Source of the DNA: an uncultured virus (IMG/VR IMGVR_UViG_3300035698_035315)
Taxonomy: Duplodnaviria; Heunggongvirae; Uroviricota; Caudoviricetes
IMG/VR virus record: IMGVR_UViG_3300035698_035315
Span: 51,703-71,702 of that record
DNA length: 20,000 nt
Strand: one strand, 5' to 3'
This document shows positions 16,476-20,000 of this stretch, piece after piece. Below the pieces are notes generated by a model. That model searched no databases, had not been told where the DNA came from, and saw only the letters and a list, made by a program, of their open reading frames with translations. The translations under genes were made by a program, and so were the position numbers. The stretch's first letter is position 1, and the number at the start of each line of letters is the position of its first letter.

Positions 16476-19400
16476 ATGTCCGTAGACAATAAGACTAAGC
16501 AGGAAATCATCAGCCAATACATCAAGACTGCCGCTGGCCGGCAGCGTCTTGCGGCGAGCATTAACTGAATGGTGCTCGTAAAATCCGGTAAATTGCTGGG
16601 ACACCCTTAGACATGAAAATCAACGGCATAACAATTAGCGAAACGAGATTGACGAAGCTGACGGCTATATTAGCTAATAAGGTTTATAGTTACATGTCCA
16701 AGGACAATCAGCATCCGAGCCTTGTTGGAAACGACGAGGAAGGTTCAACGACTGGAGACGAGGCTAAGGGCCAAAAAGCCTATGCCGGTAAGGTCTCGCC
16801 TGCATTCGGTAACGATGTGGGTATGCCGGGCATTCTTGAGAAAAAGAATGGTGATACAGTCTGAACTCATCGGTAACGGTGAGAGGTAGGTTGAGAGACC
16901 TATCCGCCTTGTGCAAGCAAGGTTGTAACAGAATGGATTCAGCCTCTTCGTCGGCGTCGGGACTACACTTCCGTGGGATAACGTACCGTCTCACGTTAAA
17001 CTCGGTAAATTGCTGGAAACTCATGGAGAAGTTGTAATGCGTGAGGTTTTGAACAAAGAGTTGCTAACAAAACTCTACGTTCTTGATAAGAGAACTGATA
17101 GAGAAATTGCTGGCATACTTAATGTTCATCGTGCATCAGTTACAGTGGCTCGAAAGAGACATGGAATAAAAAAGATTAGAGAGTATGAGAGGAAAAATCT
17201 CTCTGATTTGTCTGATGTGCAGACTTCATTGATCGACGGTTCCATATTAGGTGATGGAGCAATAGAACGTAACCATTCAAGTTCGTATGTTTTTTCTTTT
17301 GGACACTCACAAAAACAACACAGTTATGCTAAGATGAAAGCGAAGATTCTTGGAGATTATTTTAGTAATGTTAGAATTGACAAGAAAGGCATGATGCGTG
17401 TCAGGTCGATTGTGCATCCTGTCTTTGGTGAATATCGAAAAGAATGTTATATCAACATAGATGGCAAGTGGCATAAAAGAATGCCCAAATCGTTATTGGA
17501 CAGATTGAATCTTTACTCGCTTTCGGTGTGGTACTGTGATGATGGTTGTCAGAGTGGCAATCAGGTTTGGTTTTGTGTGGGGTGTCCAGTTGAAGAAGAC
17601 CGCGAGAACGCAATTTCGGTTATTGAAGATAAATTTGGACTTTCTTGTTCTATTCATAAGATGAGCAGGGAAGAATGTTGGAGACTTTGTGTGTTAAAGC
17701 GTTCTCAAGAGAAATTTTTTGATATTGTGAGTGGTTTCGTTAGCATTGCAATACCGTACAAGATACCTAACTGGTATCAAGTGCGGCATGACAATCAGCA
17801 GCCAAGCCTTTTTGGAAACGAAAAGGTGGGTTCAACGACTGGTGGAAGCCTAAACTCTGATAAAGAGCATGGCGATAACACACGCCTTGATTGGGAGACT
17901 AATCAGGGTACGCCGGGTGCCTGTATGATGAAACAGGTGAAGATACAGTCTGAACAGCAGTTAATTCTTGGTAGCTGTTGAGTCTGGCAGAAATGACCAG
18001 AACGGTATCTTGAAAAAGATACTTGTAACAGATTGCGCAAGGCGTTCTTCGTCGAACAGTTGCCCGATGGTGCTTTGCCGATTTACGACAAAGACCCAAA
18101 CGTCACCGCTTATGTGATCGGTGAGGAAGGCGAGAACATCGTTGCGGTTGCAAAGCCAAAGCGTGTTCTTTTCCCGCTGTTTGAAATTGCGTCGAATCCT
18201 GAAATTCAACTCACTGAGGTTAAGTCTCGTCGTTTTGACCTTAATACCCATGGGGTCGCTGTTTAGAGATAAACAGATAAAAATATCCCGTAAATTGCTG
18301 GAACCCAAATGAGTAACGAATTTTCTGAAACTATGATGAAGACAAATTTGAACAATGATGAGGTTCGCAGTCTATATCAGAATGGTTTTTCTGATATTCA
18401 GATTGCCAAACAACTTCATGTTGGTCGTGCTAAACTTCGTGCTTGGCGTGAATCTAATGGTATTCCGTCAAAAAAGAAGGTTGTGCAAAAATTATCTTTA
18501 TCAGAATTGCAGAAAATTGTAGAAGGGCTAAATGCCGGTCAAACACTTACCAACATATCAAGTGAATTGAACATGAGTCGTGTAACCTTAGCTAAGATGA
18601 TCAAGAAGGCGGGACTTTCTTACAAAGAATACCGTCCTGCTCATCCAGTTGAGATTGACGATTATGTTCTTACACAAGTTCAAAAAGAAGTTCTTTTGGG
18701 TGATATGTTTGGAGATGGCGGACTAGTGCCTACTAGCAAAAAAAATGCTTATTATCAATGCGCTCATAGTATTGGTCAAAAGTCATTTTTATACTGGAAG
18801 GCGAATGTTTTCCATCCTTTGACTTCCAGAGTAGGAAGTTATAAGACCAAAGATGGTGAATACGTGCGAATGGGGACGTGGACAAGTGGTTGTCTCAAAG
18901 CTTATCATCAAGATTTTTATCCTGATGGAAAAGGCAATAAGACAATTACAGTCTCACTTGCAAATCGTATGACACCATTGGCATTAGCTGTTTGGTACAT
19001 GGGCGATGGTTCTATCAACAGGAATACCGGAGTATTTCATGTTGGAAGGCAAATTGAGTTTTATCAAGTAGCAGAAATTCTATCTGATAAGTTTGAAATG
19101 CTGTTGAAGGCATGTCGTTATGAACGTGAATGGCATCTTAGGGTTATGAATCCTGAAAAGTTTTTCACGCTTATATCGCCATATCTTCTTGAATCATTCG
19201 GGTATAAAGTTCCCAAAGCCTATCGTGAACTTGTTGGCAATCAGCAGCCGAGCATTCTTCCAATAATGGAGCAGACTGAACGGATTGGTGAAAACCGATT
19301 CCTCAGTGTGTCGAAAGAGAATGAAGGTTCAGAGACTGGTGGAAGCCTAAACTCTGATAAAGAGCATGGCAATAACACACGCCTTGTGAAGTTATCACAG

Positions 19401-20000
19401 GGTATGCGGGACATCCATTCCTCGTTGGATGAAGATACAGTCCACTCTACATCACTTCGATAAGATGTAGGTTGCATTGAGAGAAGTGTAGATCTGGCGA
19501 AGTCGGAGATTCAGGCTGAGGAAGACCGTAAGGTGTTCGCAGTCATGGACGCTCTCGCAACGGACCCGACGAACCCCAACCCGGACATTCCGGTAACGGG
19601 CAACCTGACGGCCAATGCGTTGGCAGATGCTTTTGCCAACATCGAGCGTACCGACATTCGGGTCGCTAACGTATTTCTCAATGCCAAGGATTATGCAGAC
19701 CTACGTAAGTGGGACCGCGATACCCTTGACATCGAGACACAGCAAGTCTTGCTGAAGACTGGCCTGATGGCAACGCTTTGGGGTGCGAAGCTTATCGTAT
19801 CTCGTATTGTTCCTGAAGGAACGGTTTATGTGTGTGGAGAACCTGAGTTCTTCGGACGCATCCCAGTAAGAACAGAGCTTACTGTTCTCTCCGCTGACGA
19901 CCCTAAGAACAGGCTGATTGGTTTCTCTGTTTTCGAGAACATCGGAATTGGGGCATACAACCCATTTTCGCTTCAACGCCTGGTTATCACGAGAGTCTAA
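16476..20000 (+). CDS. Major capsid protein, spliced: join(16476-16561,16936-16978,18036-18241,19475-20000), 286 aa
   Basis: GAGGAG SD and ATG 16476. Exons total 861 nt and join in frame: ...RQRLAASM/IQPLRRRRDYTSVG/RKAFFVEQLPDGALPIYDKD...RRFDL/IERSVDLAKSEIQAEEDRKVFAVMD...ITRV*. HK97-fold-like features are present (backbone helix, 'LWGAKLIVSRIVPEGTVY'). Confidence 0.88.
16562..16935 (+). ncRNA. Group I intron 1 (374 nt, no intact endonuclease) in the MCP gene
   Basis: P1 GCGAGCAU/GUGCUCGU with a U.G wobble, P10 CUGAAU/AUUCAG, P 'AAATTGCTGG', Q 'AATCAGCA', R 'GTTCAACGACTG' (16743), S 'GATACAGTC' (16853), terminal G16935. Confidence 0.92.
16979..18035 (+). ncRNA. Group I intron 2 (1057 nt) with an endonuclease gene
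   Basis: P at 17007, P5 TCATG/CATGA, Q at 17793, R at 17830, S at 17940. It ends TTGTAACAGATTG, like intron 1 (TTGTAACAGAATG). The 5' boundary is set by reading frame and is uncertain by 1 nt. Confidence 0.88.
17037..17981 (+). CDS. Intron-encoded homing endonuclease, N-terminal HTH plus LAGLIDADG_2-type domain
   Basis: GGAG SD then ATG 17037. HTH 'TDREIAGILNVHRASV'; motifs 'LIDGSILGDGAI' and 'LSVWYCDDG'. Confidence 0.88.
   Translation: MREVLNKELLTKLYVLDKRTDREIAGILNVHRASVTVARKRHGIKKIREYERKNLSDLSDVQTSLIDGSILGDGAIERNHSSSYVFSFGHSQKQHSYAKMKAKILGDYFSNVRIDKKGMMRVRSIVHPVFGEYRKECYINIDGKWHKRMPKSLLDRLNLYSLSVWYCDDGCQSGNQVWFCVGCPVEEDRENAISVIEDKFGLSCSIHKMSREECWRLCVLKRSQEKFFDIVSGFVSIAIPYKIPNWYQVRHDNQQPSLFGNEKVGSTTGGSLNSDKEHGDNTRLDWETNQGTPGACMMKQVKIQSEQQLILGSC
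18242..19474 (+). ncRNA. Group I intron 3 (1233 nt) with an endonuclease gene
   Basis: P1 GACCU/GGGUC with U.G, P2 CTGTTT/AAACAG, P3 TCCCGTA/TGCGGGA, P at 18292, Q at 19239, R 'GTTCAGAGACTG' (19327), S at 19432, terminal G19474. The junction CT|C restores the frame. Confidence 0.92.
18309..19463 (+). CDS. Intron-encoded homing endonuclease, two HTH segments plus LAGLIDADG_2-type domain
   Basis: HTH-like 'SDIQIAKQLHVGRAKL' and 'TLTNISSELNMSRVTL'; motifs 'VLLGDMFGDGGL' and 'LAVWYMGDGS'. Confidence 0.88.
   Translation: MSNEFSETMMKTNLNNDEVRSLYQNGFSDIQIAKQLHVGRAKLRAWRESNGIPSKKKVVQKLSLSELQKIVEGLNAGQTLTNISSELNMSRVTLAKMIKKAGLSYKEYRPAHPVEIDDYVLTQVQKEVLLGDMFGDGGLVPTSKKNAYYQCAHSIGQKSFLYWKANVFHPLTSRVGSYKTKDGEYVRMGTWTSGCLKAYHQDFYPDGKGNKTITVSLANRMTPLALAVWYMGDGSINRNTGVFHVGRQIEFYQVAEILSDKFEMLLKACRYEREWHLRVMNPEKFFTLISPYLLESFGYKVPKAYRELVGNQQPSILPIMEQTERIGENRFLSVSKENEGSETGGSLNSDKEHGNNTRLVKLSQGMRDIHSSLDEDTVHSTSLR

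Noticed and set aside
17010..17036. TTG start for the intron 2 endonuclease
   Set aside because: It lies within the ribozyme P element, whereas ATG 17037 has a GGAG SD.
18033..18266. 77-aa ORF, and the 155-aa ORF at 19533-20000, as independent genes
   Set aside because: They are MCP exons 3 and 4. They lack good SD sites and join in frame once the introns are removed.
16476..20000. Stop-codon reassignment or pseudogenisation as the cause of the fragmented MCP
   Set aside because: TAA, TAG and TGA all end genes normally elsewhere in the window, and the gaps contain complete group I cores.
1..20000. tRNA, rRNA, integrase or transposase genes
   Set aside because: No cloverleaf, rRNA-like or recombinase motifs were seen by eye.

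Overview
A 20 kb segment of a large tailed phage genome (Caudoviricetes-like, bacterial Shine-Dalgarno sites, standard code), with all credible genes on the + strand. It is a head-morphogenesis module. It runs from a portal protein carrying a LAGLIDADG intein (5' truncated), through a run of small hypothetical or likely internal head proteins, a standalone WYL-like protein and a NucS-like nuclease, to a prohead protease with a 420-aa LAGLIDADG intein, very acidic scaffold-like proteins, a head decoration protein and the major capsid protein (MCP). The main hidden feature is that the MCP gene is split into four exons (16476-16561, 16936-16978, 18036-18241, 19475-20000; 286 aa after splicing) by three group I introns. 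Two introns carry HTH-LAGLIDADG homing endonucleases in the P5 loop, and one appears to need a non-canonical 5' splice site (A-U pair instead of U.G). Many head-region proteins share an N-terminal 'A..L.R/K.AK.L' helix and recurrent [A/S]-Q-D-[D/E] sites, suggesting a capsid-targeting and protease-processing code. Protein identities come from motif recognition and synteny only; no database search was run.
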